DNA of 64,000 nucleotides. Source: Bacteroidales bacterium (GTDB lineage Bacteria > Bacteroidota > Bacteroidia > Bacteroidales > UBA932). Made by a program: the position numbers and the translations under genes. Below, one piece after another: positions 1-8,600 of the stretch; position 1 is the first letter of the stretch, and every line of letters begins with the position of its first letter. The notes below the pieces were generated by a model that worked only from the letters and a program-made list of their open reading frames with translations, was not told the DNA's origin and ran no database searches. The stretch is taken from contig JAAYDZ010000027.1 in NCBI GenBank assembly GCA_012728975.1, positions 81,553 to 145,552 on the forward strand, read 5' to 3'.

Positions 1-151
1 ACAGTATACCGTTCTGATATACCCTTGCTGTTATAGCACAAACTATTGCCGCTACGAAGAATAGGAGAGGTGACAGAGTCAGCCACCCTCCAAACAAATC
101 GCCCGCTATAAAGGCGAGCGAACAGAAAAAAAGTTTCCTACCTTTCCACAT
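1..151 (-). CDS. partial CDS: N-terminus of an integral membrane protein, runs off the window start
   Basis: The reverse complement of 149-151 is ATG and the frame stays open to position 1. The translation MWKGRKLFFCSLAFIAGDLFGGWLTLSPLLFFVAAIVCAITARVYQNGIL is hydrophobic and TM-like. It is too short for the ORF track and I found no clear promoter. Confidence 0.3.
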   Translation of the reverse strand, partial: MWKGRKLFFCSLAFIAGDLFGGWLTLSPLLFFVAAIVCAITARVYQNGIL

Positions 152-193
152 AATCCTTCCCTTCGTATTTCAGATTGCAATGTACAATTATTT

Positions 194-224
194 TTTGAAA
201 GGTCGCCTATAATGACTATTTTTG
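194..224 (+). promoter_or_regulatory. Bacteroidota-type promoter (-33 TTTG / -7 TAnnTTTG) upstream of ackA
   Basis: TTTG at 194-197 and TATTTTTG at 217-224 are separated by 19 nt. The -7 box lies 37 nt upstream of the ATG at 262. Confidence 0.5.
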
Positions 225-261
225 TGGGATAAATCCGACAACAATAACCATATATAATATT

Positions 262-1473
262 ATGATAATACTTGTACTAAATTGCGGAAGTTCCTCTTTA
301 AAATATCAGGTGCTTGATATGAGGAGCGACAATGACTATTCACTTTTGGCCAAAGGCCTTGTTGAGCGCATCGGTGAGCCGATGGGTATTTATAACCACC
401 AGTTGCCGGGCAAAGATAAAATCACTGTAGAAAAACCGGTGCCCAATCATACTGTAGGTATCTCCAAGGTGCTCGAACTTCTCACTGACAAATCTCTCGG
501 AGTTATCTCTTCACTTAAAGAAATAGAGGCTGTTGGTCACAGGGTGGCACACGGCGGAGAGTATTTTTCAGGCAGCGCTGCAATTGATGATGACGCAATT
601 GCAAAGATTGAGAAGTGTGGCGAACTCGCTCCTCTTCACAATCCCGCCAACCTGCTCGGTATTCGTGCGGTGCAGTCTCTTATGCCGGAGATTCCCCAGG
701 TGGCTGTGTTTGACACATCATTCCATCAGACGATTCCCGACTATGCATATATGTACGCAATCCCTTATGAGTACTATCAGAAATATAAGATTCGTCGTTA
801 CGGATTTCACGGAACCAGTCACAAATTTGTGGCAAAGAAGGCCTGCAACCTTGTAGGTATGGATATTTCCAGGTCCAAAATTGTTACCTGCCATCTAGGC
901 AACGGCAGTTCTATCACAGCTATCAAGAATGGACGTTCCATTGACACTTCGATGGGATTCACTCCCATGGAGGGTCTTGTTATGGGTACCAGAAGCGGTA
1001 CTGTTGATGCGGGTGTGGTAACATTTCTCGAGGAGAAAGAAAAGCTCAGTGCTGCCGAGATCAATACAATTCTGAATAAGAAAAGCGGACTTCTCGGTGT
1101 ATCACAGGCCTCTTCAGATATGAGGGATATTGAGTCCGGTGCAGGAAGTGGCAATGCCAACGCTGCACTAGCACAGGAGATGCTCTTCTACGGTATCCGC
1201 AAATTTATCGGGGCTTATGCTGCAGCAATGGGCGGACTCGATATGATTGTCTTTACCGGTGGTATTGGAGAAAACTCCTCAATAACACGAGAGCAGGCTT
1301 GCGAAGGTCTGGAATTCCTGGGTGTAGATTTTGACAAGGATGTTAATAGATCCGTCAGAGGTAAGGATGTAATCCTTTCTACCCCCTCTTCTAAAGTTAA
1401 AGTGGTAGCTGTAACCACCAACGAAGAATTGGTAATTGCACAGGACACAATGAATATTGTAAAAAACAAATAA
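262..1473 (+). CDS. ackA: acetate kinase
   Basis: 403 aa. The N-terminus MIILVLNCGSSSLKYQV and the motifs HRVAHGG, VFDTSFH, RYGFHGTSH and FTGGIGENS are typical of the acetate/propionate kinase family. Confidence 0.95.
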   Translation: MIILVLNCGSSSLKYQVLDMRSDNDYSLLAKGLVERIGEPMGIYNHQLPGKDKITVEKPVPNHTVGISKVLELLTDKSLGVISSLKEIEAVGHRVAHGGEYFSGSAAIDDDAIAKIEKCGELAPLHNPANLLGIRAVQSLMPEIPQVAVFDTSFHQTIPDYAYMYAIPYEYYQKYKIRRYGFHGTSHKFVAKKACNLVGMDISRSKIVTCHLGNGSSITAIKNGRSIDTSMGFTPMEGLVMGTRSGTVDAGVVTFLEEKEKLSAAEINTILNKKSGLLGVSQASSDMRDIESGAGSGNANAALAQEMLFYGIRKFIGAYAAAMGGLDMIVFTGGIGENSSITREQACEGLEFLGVDFDKDVNRSVRGKDVILSTPSSKVKVVAVTTNEELVIAQDTMNIVKNK

Positions 1474-1489
1474 TTAAACACTGATAACA

Positions 1490-2395
1490 ATGATTACAAA
1501 TTTCGAACAGATTTTTACGCAGTTGCGTTCAAAAAACAGAAAGCGCCTTGTTGCAGCCTGGGGTGTTGACGATCATACCATTACTGCTGCTCGTCTGGCA
1601 GTTGACAAAGGCATCGTTAAAGCTATCCTCGTGGGTGATGCCGATATGATCAATGATGTTTGCAAGGCTGAGGGTATTAATCCCTCAATGTTTACCATAG
1701 TTGATAACAAAGATGAGCTCCAATCAATAGCACAGGCAGTAGATATGATCAATGCCGGTGAGGCTGATATCCTGATGAAGGGTCTTTGCAGCACTGACAA
1801 ATATATGCGTGCCATTCTCAATAAAGAGCGCGGACTCCTTCCTCCCAAGGCAGTTTTAAGCCACGTTTCCGTACTTGAAAATCCCAACTACCATAAACTC
1901 ATTATTCTAGGCGATATGGCAGTAATCCCTGCTCCGGACTTCAAGCAAAAAGTTGCTATTACCAGATATCTTGTGCAGACCGCACATGCTCTAGGTATAG
2001 AAAAACCCAAAGTAGCTGCTATCGCGGCCACTGAGCAGATGTTAGAGGGCATGCCCGCTTGTGTTGAGGGAGCAATGCTTGCCAAGATGGCTGACAGAGG
2101 TCAGATTAAAGGGTGTTACATCGACGGTCCTCTCGCACTTGATGTAGCTATTTCTAAAGAGGCTGTTGAAATCAAGAAACTTGAGAGCAATGTAGCAGGT
2201 GACGCCGACTGTCTCTTGTTCCCCAACATTGAGTCTGCCAACGTCTTCTACAAGGTTAATTCACAGCTCTCCGTAGGTGTGAAGCAGGCTGCAATTGTAG
2301 CCGGCGCTAAGGCTCCCTGTGTGCTTTCAAGCCGTGCTGATAGCATCTACACCAAGCTCAACTCTATAGCACTTGCAGCTTTAACTGCAAAATAA
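1490..2395 (+). CDS. ptb: phosphate butyryltransferase / phosphotransacylase (Ptb family)
   Basis: 301 aa, the short phosphate acetyl/butyryl transferase type. It lies 16 nt after ackA and 9 nt before buk, in the ptb-buk gene order. Confidence 0.85.
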   Translation: MITNFEQIFTQLRSKNRKRLVAAWGVDDHTITAARLAVDKGIVKAILVGDADMINDVCKAEGINPSMFTIVDNKDELQSIAQAVDMINAGEADILMKGLCSTDKYMRAILNKERGLLPPKAVLSHVSVLENPNYHKLIILGDMAVIPAPDFKQKVAITRYLVQTAHALGIEKPKVAAIAATEQMLEGMPACVEGAMLAKMADRGQIKGCYIDGPLALDVAISKEAVEIKKLESNVAGDADCLLFPNIESANVFYKVNSQLSVGVKQAAIVAGAKAPCVLSSRADSIYTKLNSIALAALTAK

Positions 2396-2404
2396 ATCCT
2401 AACG

Positions 2405-3469
2405 ATGAAGATTCTTTGCCTCAATCCCGGATCTACTTCTACGAAGATCGCTGTTTTTGAAGATGGAAAACAGGTCTTTATAACCAATATCAAGCACTCT
2501 GCGGAAGCGATTGCTAAGTATAAATCGGTTATAGACCAGTACAAAGTCCGCGAGGAAATAATCCTCAGGACTCTTGCCGATAATGGCATTGACAAATCAG
2601 AATTCTGCGCCATTGTAGGTCGTGGAGGCCTTGTTAAACCGATTCATTCCGGTACTTATGAGGTTAATGAGGCACTATTGGCCGATCTTCGTGCATCTGT
2701 TGGTGGTGACCATGCTTCAAATCTTGGCGGTATCCTTGCCGATTCTATTGCATCCGATATCCCTGGCTGTCGTGCATTGATTTCCGATCCTGCAGTCGTG
2801 GACGAGCTTAGTGATCTGGCCAGGGTCGCCGGTCACCCTGAGTTCAAGCGTATCTCCATTTTTCACGCTCTCAACCAGAAAGCTATTGCCAAACATTATG
2901 CCCATGAATTAGGAGTCCCTTATGAATCCCTAAATCTTATTATTGCACATCTTGGCGGAGGTGTTTCAGTAGGAGCACACTATAAGGGTAAGGTAGTTGA
3001 TGTCAATAACGCTCTCAACGGAGAAGGGCCTTTTTCACCAGAGCGCTCCGGTACTCTACCCGCACAGCAGCTGGCTGACCTCTGTTTTTCCGGTAAATAT
3101 ACACCTGACGAGGTTAAAAAGATGATTTGTGGAAAAGGCGGAGTAGTTGCTTATCTCGGAACTAATGATTTTTATGAGGTAGAGCTCAAGATGGCAGATA
3201 ATCCCCGCTTCAAGTTTATCGCAGATGCATTCCTTTATAATGTAGCTAAAGCGATAGGAGCAATGGCTGCTGTTCTAAAAGGTAAAGTAGATGCAATCCT
3301 GATTACAGGGGGTGTCGCTAAAGGCAAGGGAATGATGGATGATTTGACAGAATATGTCAAGTTTATTGCTCCCGTCAAAATATATCCCGGAGAGGATGAA
3401 ATGGCAGCCTTGGCAATGAACGGATTTGCCGTTCTGGAAGGCCGAGAGGAGGCTAAGGTGTATAGTTAA
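2405..3469 (+). CDS. buk: butyrate kinase
   Basis: 354 aa. The N-terminus MKILCLNPGSTSTKIAVFEDG, the internal IAHLGGGVSVGAH and the C-terminal ILITGGVA are typical of butyrate kinase (ASKHA fold). Confidence 0.9.
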   Translation: MKILCLNPGSTSTKIAVFEDGKQVFITNIKHSAEAIAKYKSVIDQYKVREEIILRTLADNGIDKSEFCAIVGRGGLVKPIHSGTYEVNEALLADLRASVGGDHASNLGGILADSIASDIPGCRALISDPAVVDELSDLARVAGHPEFKRISIFHALNQKAIAKHYAHELGVPYESLNLIIAHLGGGVSVGAHYKGKVVDVNNALNGEGPFSPERSGTLPAQQLADLCFSGKYTPDEVKKMICGKGGVVAYLGTNDFYEVELKMADNPRFKFIADAFLYNVAKAIGAMAAVLKGKVDAILITGGVAKGKGMMDDLTEYVKFIAPVKIYPGEDEMAALAMNGFAVLEGREEAKVYS

Positions 3470-3473
3470 ATGA

Positions 3474-3550
3474 TGCGTGTTGCGGGGTACGGGTTGGTTT
3501 TGAGTTACGTGGTGTTTATCGTGAACTTGAGTTAGGGTTAAGCTCAGAAC
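3474..3550 (+). repeat. G/T-rich degenerate word repeat (GTTGCGG / GGTACGG / GAGTTAC type), copy A1
   Basis: tgcgtgttgcggggtacgggttggttttgagttacgtggtg...gagttagggttaagctcagaac begins directly after the buk stop codon. The same word set recurs at 3645, 13567, 18275, 41165, 59249, 59369 and 63011. Confidence 0.6.
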
Positions 3551-3591
3551 TGGCTTAAAGTAAAAGTAGGCCATTTTTGGCTCTCTAAATT

Positions 3592-3637
3592 AAAAAAGGG
3601 GGACGATTTGTAAAAATCGTCCCCCTTTGTGTTTTTT
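3592..3637. terminator. bidirectional intrinsic terminator between convergent buk and the 3679-4695 gene
   Basis: A 12-bp perfect stem pairs gggggacgattt (3598-3609) with aaatcgtccccc (3614-3625) around the loop gtaa. An A-tract (3592-3597) lies upstream and a T-rich tract (3626-3637) lies downstream. Confidence 0.8.
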
Positions 3638-3644
3638 GCTATCT

Positions 3645-3678
3645 GACCCGCACCCCGTAACTCGTAACACGTACCCCG
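3645..3678 (-). repeat. G/T-rich word repeat, copy A2 (G/T-rich on the minus strand)
   Basis: gacccgcaccccgtaactcgtaacacgtaccccg has the reverse complement cggggtacgtgttacgagttacggggtgcgggtc. It is inverted relative to copy A1 and lies on the other side of the terminator hairpin. Confidence 0.6.
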
Positions 3679-4695
3679 TTATCTCTTGGTTAGTGTGGCT
3701 GCGATCTGGTGTGCCATCATAAGGAAGTCATCGGCAATTACGGAGTCAAAAGTGATGACTACATTGAGCTGGATGTCATCTACAATTATGGCTTTCTTGT
3801 AAATGTAGGTGTCATCCTTGTGGCCGATAATGTAAAATTCATCTTCTGAGATAAGTGTGTCGTCAATAATATATCCTACTTCTTTGAATCCTTCACACTT
3901 TTCCTCAAAATGCTCCTGGAGGGTCTGATTGAACATCAGCGTGCTGTTGTAGCCACCGTAGGCATAGAATCTGGCAAGACCGCTATCCGAAATGAATAAT
4001 TGTCCATCTCCATTCTCCGGTTCCCCTTGACCGGTGAAGTTGAAAGGATACCTGATGGTAAATCCAAAACGTTCATTATAATAGCATCTGTCCATCACCA
4101 GGTCAAGCTGGTCAAATCCACCGAAGCCGTCCCATTCAAGATGGCCTACTTTCTGGTATTCATCGCCTCTTACATAGACAGTAATGTCTTTGCCTTTCTG
4201 GGGCAATTCTATGTAGTAGCGTGTTGCATCAGGAATTGAGGCTGCAAGTGCGGGAAGCGGTTTGAGAGTCTGCTCTTCAATGCGGTGTTCATAAAACATT
4301 TTAAGCACATGGACATTCTCTCTTAGGATGACGCCCACTATACGTCTGCCATCAGGTACTTTCCAGTAGCACATTTGGAGATTACCCTCCTGCTCACCGG
4401 AAACGCCTGCGCGCATATAGCCATTGCGTTTGTCCATTATTACATAGCCGGTAGGGTCATTGGCGACCTCTATTTCGTGATAGACATTGTATGCCATTTG
4501 CAATACATCGTTCGAAAATGCTGTGGAAATAACGTTAAAGTAGTACTCAATATCCGGAACGGACTGGTCGGGAAGGGGGATGACCTTCTCTTGCCAGATC
4601 TTTTCAATCTGGGGAAGATCTATCTTGCCGGCGAAAACGGATCCTGAAATCAACAGCGCCGACAGTGTGCTGACCAGGATTATCAGTCGTTTCAT
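3679..4695 (-). CDS. hypothetical secreted protein
   Basis: 338-aa ORF with the signal peptide MKRLIILVSTLSALLISGSVFAG. I recognise no family motif. Confidence 0.6.
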   Translation of the reverse strand: MKRLIILVSTLSALLISGSVFAGKIDLPQIEKIWQEKVIPLPDQSVPDIEYYFNVISTAFSNDVLQMAYNVYHEIEVANDPTGYVIMDKRNGYMRAGVSGEQEGNLQMCYWKVPDGRRIVGVILRENVHVLKMFYEHRIEEQTLKPLPALAASIPDATRYYIELPQKGKDITVYVRGDEYQKVGHLEWDGFGGFDQLDLVMDRCYYNERFGFTIRYPFNFTGQGEPENGDGQLFISDSGLARFYAYGGYNSTLMFNQTLQEHFEEKCEGFKEVGYIIDDTLISEDEFYIIGHKDDTYIYKKAIIVDDIQLNVVITFDSVIADDFLMMAHQIAATLTKR

Positions 4696-4843
4696 GGTAT
4701 ATATGTGGTGTTGGTTGTTTCAGTTGGCCGTTGGCTATTTGCTGTTAGCTATTGTCAATGACAATTTATGTGTTATTTGTTTCGCCGTAGTTGAGATCTT
4801 GCTCAATTCCAAATATACAAAAAATATTTCAAATCATAATGCT

Positions 4844-4851
4844 TATCTTTG
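4844..4851 (+). promoter_or_regulatory. -7 promoter box TATCTTTG upstream of the MATE gene
   Basis: TAnnTTTG match lying 22 nt upstream of the ATG at 4874. It supports the internal start rather than the ORF-track start at 4580. Confidence 0.45.
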
Positions 4852-4873
4852 CACGGAAACAACAATTATTTTT

Positions 4874-6253
4874 ATGGCAGAGAAGATACCTGTAGAGCTT
4901 GGAACTGAAAAGATTGGCACACTGCTGAGACAATATGCAGTACCGGCCATCATAGCAATGACTGCATCCTCGCTTTACAATATGGTGGACAGCATATTCA
5001 TAGGTCAGGGAGTAGGACCTCTTGCCATATCCGGTCTGGCGGTGACATTTCCCCTAATGAACCTTTCGGCAGCATTCGGCACTCTTGTGGGTGTCGGAGG
5101 TGCTACGCTCGTATCGGTTCTGCTGGGACAGCGCAACTATGACATGGCCAAGAAGGTGCTTGCAAATGTCTTTATCCTCAATGTCATAATTGGAGTGATC
5201 TTCACGATTTTATCTCTTTCATTCCTCAATCCTATTCTTAGGTTTTTTGGAGCGAGCGATGCAACTCTTCCTTATGCCAGGGAGTATATGACAGTGATCT
5301 TGTCAGGTAATATTATCACCCATCTCTATTTCGGACTGAATGCCATACTCAGGGCGTCAGGGTTTCCAAGGAAGGCGATGACGGCTACAATCTTGACTGT
5401 CGTGCTCAATACCATACTTGACCCGATATTTATCTTCGTCTTTGATATGGGTATTCAGGGTGCGGCAATAGCCACTGTCATTTCCCAGACAGTATCGTTG
5501 GTGTGGGTTTTCAGAATGCTTTCCGATAGAAGGAAACTGCTCCATTTTTCCAAGGATAAATTCTCTCTTGACTGGAAGATTGCTCTCCGTTCGCTTTCGA
5601 TAGGTATGGCACCTTTCCTGATGAATATTACCTCTTCCTTAGTTGTGATTTTGATAAATAACCAGCTCAGGAGGCATGGTGGGGATATGGCAATTGGTGC
5701 TTACGGCATAATCAATAGAATTGTATATCTTTTCATTATGATAGTTATGGGATTTACTCAGGGTATGCAGCCCATTGCCGGATATAATTATGGTGCTAAA
5801 CTCTATTCAAGGGTGACTGAGGTCTTTCGTTTGACCGTCTTTTGGGCAACGCTGATAACTACACTTTGTTTTGTGGTGGGAATGTTTTTTCCCGGTGTTG
5901 CGGTATCGCTCTTTACCGGAGATCCTGAACTTAAGGCGATTGCCATGCGCGGTTTAAGAATCGATGTATGCCTTTTCCCGATAGTGGGATTTCAAATGGT
6001 AACCTCTAACTTTTTCCAAAGTCTCGGACTTGCCAGGAAGGCGATTTTCCTCTCTCTTTCACGTCAGTTGCTCTTTTTGATCCCCTGCCTTGCAATATTT
6101 CCGAGTTTTTTCGGAGTTGACGGGGTATGGATGAGCATGCCGGTGTCAGATGCAATAGCGACCATAGTGGCAGCTCTGATGCTGAGCTCTTTAATTCGTA
6201 CATTTAGGGCAGAAACCATCCTGCAGAATGTTGTGAAAGAAAATGATAATTGA
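4874..6253 (+). CDS. MATE family efflux transporter
   Basis: The start is taken at MAEKIPVELG (ATG 4874). The ORF-track extension from 4580 overlaps the upstream convergent gene and the promoter box. LLRQYAVPAIIAMTASSLYNMVDSIFIGQGVG and the polytopic hydrophobic profile are typical of the MATE/NorM family. Confidence 0.9.
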   Translation: MAEKIPVELGTEKIGTLLRQYAVPAIIAMTASSLYNMVDSIFIGQGVGPLAISGLAVTFPLMNLSAAFGTLVGVGGATLVSVLLGQRNYDMAKKVLANVFILNVIIGVIFTILSLSFLNPILRFFGASDATLPYAREYMTVILSGNIITHLYFGLNAILRASGFPRKAMTATILTVVLNTILDPIFIFVFDMGIQGAAIATVISQTVSLVWVFRMLSDRRKLLHFSKDKFSLDWKIALRSLSIGMAPFLMNITSSLVVILINNQLRRHGGDMAIGAYGIINRIVYLFIMIVMGFTQGMQPIAGYNYGAKLYSRVTEVFRLTVFWATLITTLCFVVGMFFPGVAVSLFTGDPELKAIAMRGLRIDVCLFPIVGFQMVTSNFFQSLGLARKAIFLSLSRQLLFLIPCLAIFPSFFGVDGVWMSMPVSDAIATIVAALMLSSLIRTFRAETILQNVVKENDN

Positions 6254-6261
6254 TAAATTTG
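6254..6261 (+). promoter_or_regulatory. -7 promoter box TAAATTTG
   Basis: TAnnTTTG match lying 7 nt upstream of the ATG at 6269. Confidence 0.4.
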
Positions 6262-6268
6262 TTGCTAT

Positions 6269-6898
6269 ATGAAGCCGAATTTTGTAATAACCATAGGACG
6301 CCAAATTGGCAGCGGAGGACTTGCTACGGCCTCTATTCTCTCCGAACAGCTCGGCGTGCCGATGTATGACAAAAATCTCTTGCTTGAGGTCTCGAAAGAG
6401 AGCGGACTTGCCTGTGAATTATTTGAAAAAAGGGATGAGAAGGCAGCTAAGAGGCCTCTGGGCCGATTTTTCGGCCTTAGATCTACAATGCAGGGTAATG
6501 ACAGCTTCTCTGCATTTAATGCAATCTCAGATGAACAACTCTTCAAAATTCAGAGTGAGGTGATGCGGAATATTGTAGAAAAGGAATCCTGTATTATTGT
6601 GGGCAGATGTGCTGATTATGTTCTTCGCGACCATCCCCGCCGCCTGTCTGTTTTTATCAGCGCATCAATGGAGGACAGAGTGGCGAGAATTGTAGCAGGA
6701 CAAGGTGTATCCGAAACTGAGGCCCATCGCATAATAGAGCATGGAGACCGAAAACGCGCTAATTATTACAACTATTACACCTTCAAACAATGGGGAGACT
6801 CCTCAAGTTATCATCTCTGCCTTAATTCCTCCAAACTCGGCAGCATAGAAAATGTGGTGAAGGTAATACGCAATTATATGGAAATAATTAATTTTTGA
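6269..6898 (+). CDS. cytidylate kinase-like family protein
   Basis: 209 aa. ITIGRQIGSGGLATASILSEQLGVPMYDKNLL is the typical N-terminus of the Bacteroidales cytidylate kinase-like family. Confidence 0.75.
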   Translation: MKPNFVITIGRQIGSGGLATASILSEQLGVPMYDKNLLLEVSKESGLACELFEKRDEKAAKRPLGRFFGLRSTMQGNDSFSAFNAISDEQLFKIQSEVMRNIVEKESCIIVGRCADYVLRDHPRRLSVFISASMEDRVARIVAGQGVSETEAHRIIEHGDRKRANYYNYYTFKQWGDSSSYHLCLNSSKLGSIENVVKVIRNYMEIINF

Positions 6899-6904
6899 TA
6901 TATC

Positions 6905-8581
6905 ATGGCTGACGAAAAAATCATCTTTTCGATGAATGGGGTGAGCAAGATTCTCCCACACAACAATAAAGTAATCATCAAGGACATCTATTTATCATTT
7001 TTCTATGGTGCAAAAATTGGCATCATAGGTCTGAACGGATCCGGTAAATCAACGGTGTTGAAAATAATTGCCGGCGTTGAGATTCCTACTCAAGGGGAAG
7101 TGGTATTTGCTCCGGGCTATAGCGTGGGCTATCTGGAGCAGGAACCGCAGCTTGATGACTCCAAAACTGTGATTGACGTGGTGAGAGAGGGAGTTCGGGA
7201 GGTAATGGATCTGCTGAAAGAGTACGAAGAGGTTAATCTCAAATTTATGGAGCCGATGGATGACGATGAGATGAACGCTCTGATCGAGCGTCAGGGCGAA
7301 CTCACTGATAGAATTGAACAGGTGAGCGGTTGGGATATTGACTCCAGATTGGAAAGGGCAATGGATGCACTTCAGTGTCCCGAACCGGATGCCTCCATAG
7401 CTACACTAAGTGGTGGAGAGAGGCGCAGGGTGGCACTTTGCCGTCTGCTGCTTCAGGAGCCCGATGTACTGCTGTTGGACGAGCCGACCAACCACCTCGA
7501 CACCGAGAGTATTCAATGGCTCGAGGCGCACCTAAAGCAGTACAAGGGAACGGTCATCGCGGTGACTCACGACAGATATTTCCTTGACAATGTTGCCGGA
7601 TGGATACTTGAACTTGACAGGGGAGAGGGAATCCCCTGGAAGGGAAATTACTCCTCCTGGCTCGAACAGAAGAGTATTCGCCTGGCGATGGAGGAGAAGC
7701 AGGAGAGCAAACGCCGTAAGACCCTTGAGCGAGAGTTAGAATGGGTTAGAATGGCTCCGAAAGCGCGTCACGCTAAATCCAAGGCCCGTTTGGGTGCATA
7801 TGAAAAGCTCTTAAGTGAAGATGGACGCCAGAAGGAAGAGAAGCTTGAGATCTTTATTCCCAATGGTCCGCGTCTTGGTAACAAGGTGATAGAATTTCAG
7901 GGAGTGAGTAAGGCATACGGAGACAAGATACTCTTTGAGGATCTGAGCTTTAAGCTACCCCCGGCGGGTATTGTAGGAGTTATTGGACCCAACGGCTCAG
8001 GTAAAACCACACTTTTCAGGCTGATAATGGGCTATGAGCAGCCGGATTCGGGGACATTTGAGATAGGGGAGAGCGTCAAGATAGCTTATGTGGATCAGCA
8101 ACACAAGCAGATAGACCCTGATCTAACCGTCTATGAGACTATTACGCAGAATTCCGAATATGTAAGACTTGGTAATCGTGATGTCAATGCACGTGCATAT
8201 GTATCAAGGTTTAATTTTAGCGGGGCCGACCAGGAGAAACTATGCGGAGTGCTATCGGGAGGTGAGCGCAACCGTCTGCACCTCGCACTGACCCTAAAAG
8301 AAAATGCCAACGTGTTGCTGCTTGACGAACCTACCAACGATGTGGATATCAACACTATACGGGCTCTTGAGGAGGGTCTCGATAATTTTGCAGGCTGTGC
8401 GGTAGTTATTTCCCACGACAGATGGTTCCTGGATCGTATTGCAACCCATATCCTTGCTTTCGAAGGTGACTCACAGGTCTATTTCTTCGAGGGGAGCTAT
8501 TCGGAGTATGAAGAGAATAAGAAACGCCGTCTGGGTAATGCGGAGCCCAAACGCTTCAAGTACAAGAAATTGATAGGATAA
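6905..8581 (+). CDS. ettA: energy-dependent translational throttle protein EttA (ABC-F ATPase)
   Basis: 558 aa with two ABC cassettes (GLNGSGKST...LSGGERRR...LLLDEPTNHLD and GPNGSGKTT...LSGGERNR...LLLDEPTNDVD). There are no TM segments. Confidence 0.9.
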   Translation: MADEKIIFSMNGVSKILPHNNKVIIKDIYLSFFYGAKIGIIGLNGSGKSTVLKIIAGVEIPTQGEVVFAPGYSVGYLEQEPQLDDSKTVIDVVREGVREVMDLLKEYEEVNLKFMEPMDDDEMNALIERQGELTDRIEQVSGWDIDSRLERAMDALQCPEPDASIATLSGGERRRVALCRLLLQEPDVLLLDEPTNHLDTESIQWLEAHLKQYKGTVIAVTHDRYFLDNVAGWILELDRGEGIPWKGNYSSWLEQKSIRLAMEEKQESKRRKTLERELEWVRMAPKARHAKSKARLGAYEKLLSEDGRQKEEKLEIFIPNGPRLGNKVIEFQGVSKAYGDKILFEDLSFKLPPAGIVGVIGPNGSGKTTLFRLIMGYEQPDSGTFEIGESVKIAYVDQQHKQIDPDLTVYETITQNSEYVRLGNRDVNARAYVSRFNFSGADQEKLCGVLSGGERNRLHLALTLKENANVLLLDEPTNDVDINTIRALEEGLDNFAGCAVVISHDRWFLDRIATHILAFEGDSQVYFFEGSYSEYEENKKRRLGNAEPKRFKYKKLIG

Positions 8582-8600
8582 GAGACCTTTTCTGCCTGGT

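Noticed and set aside
533-1490. Alternative-frame and antisense ORFs inside ackA (533-856 plus strand, 819-1160 minus, 1215-1490 minus). Similar shadow ORFs occur inside ptb, buk, ettA, asnA, the ligases, addA/addB, the TonB receptors and the Big_2 gene.
   Set aside because: They lie wholly inside well-supported conserved genes. They have low-complexity or biased composition, no promoter boxes and no recognisable motifs. They are typical shadow ORFs.
4580-4873. N-terminal extension of the MATE ORF proposed by the ORF track.
   Set aside because: It overlaps the 5' end of the convergent 3679-4695 gene and contains the TATCTTTG promoter box at 4844-4851. The conserved MATE sequence begins at the ATG at 4874.
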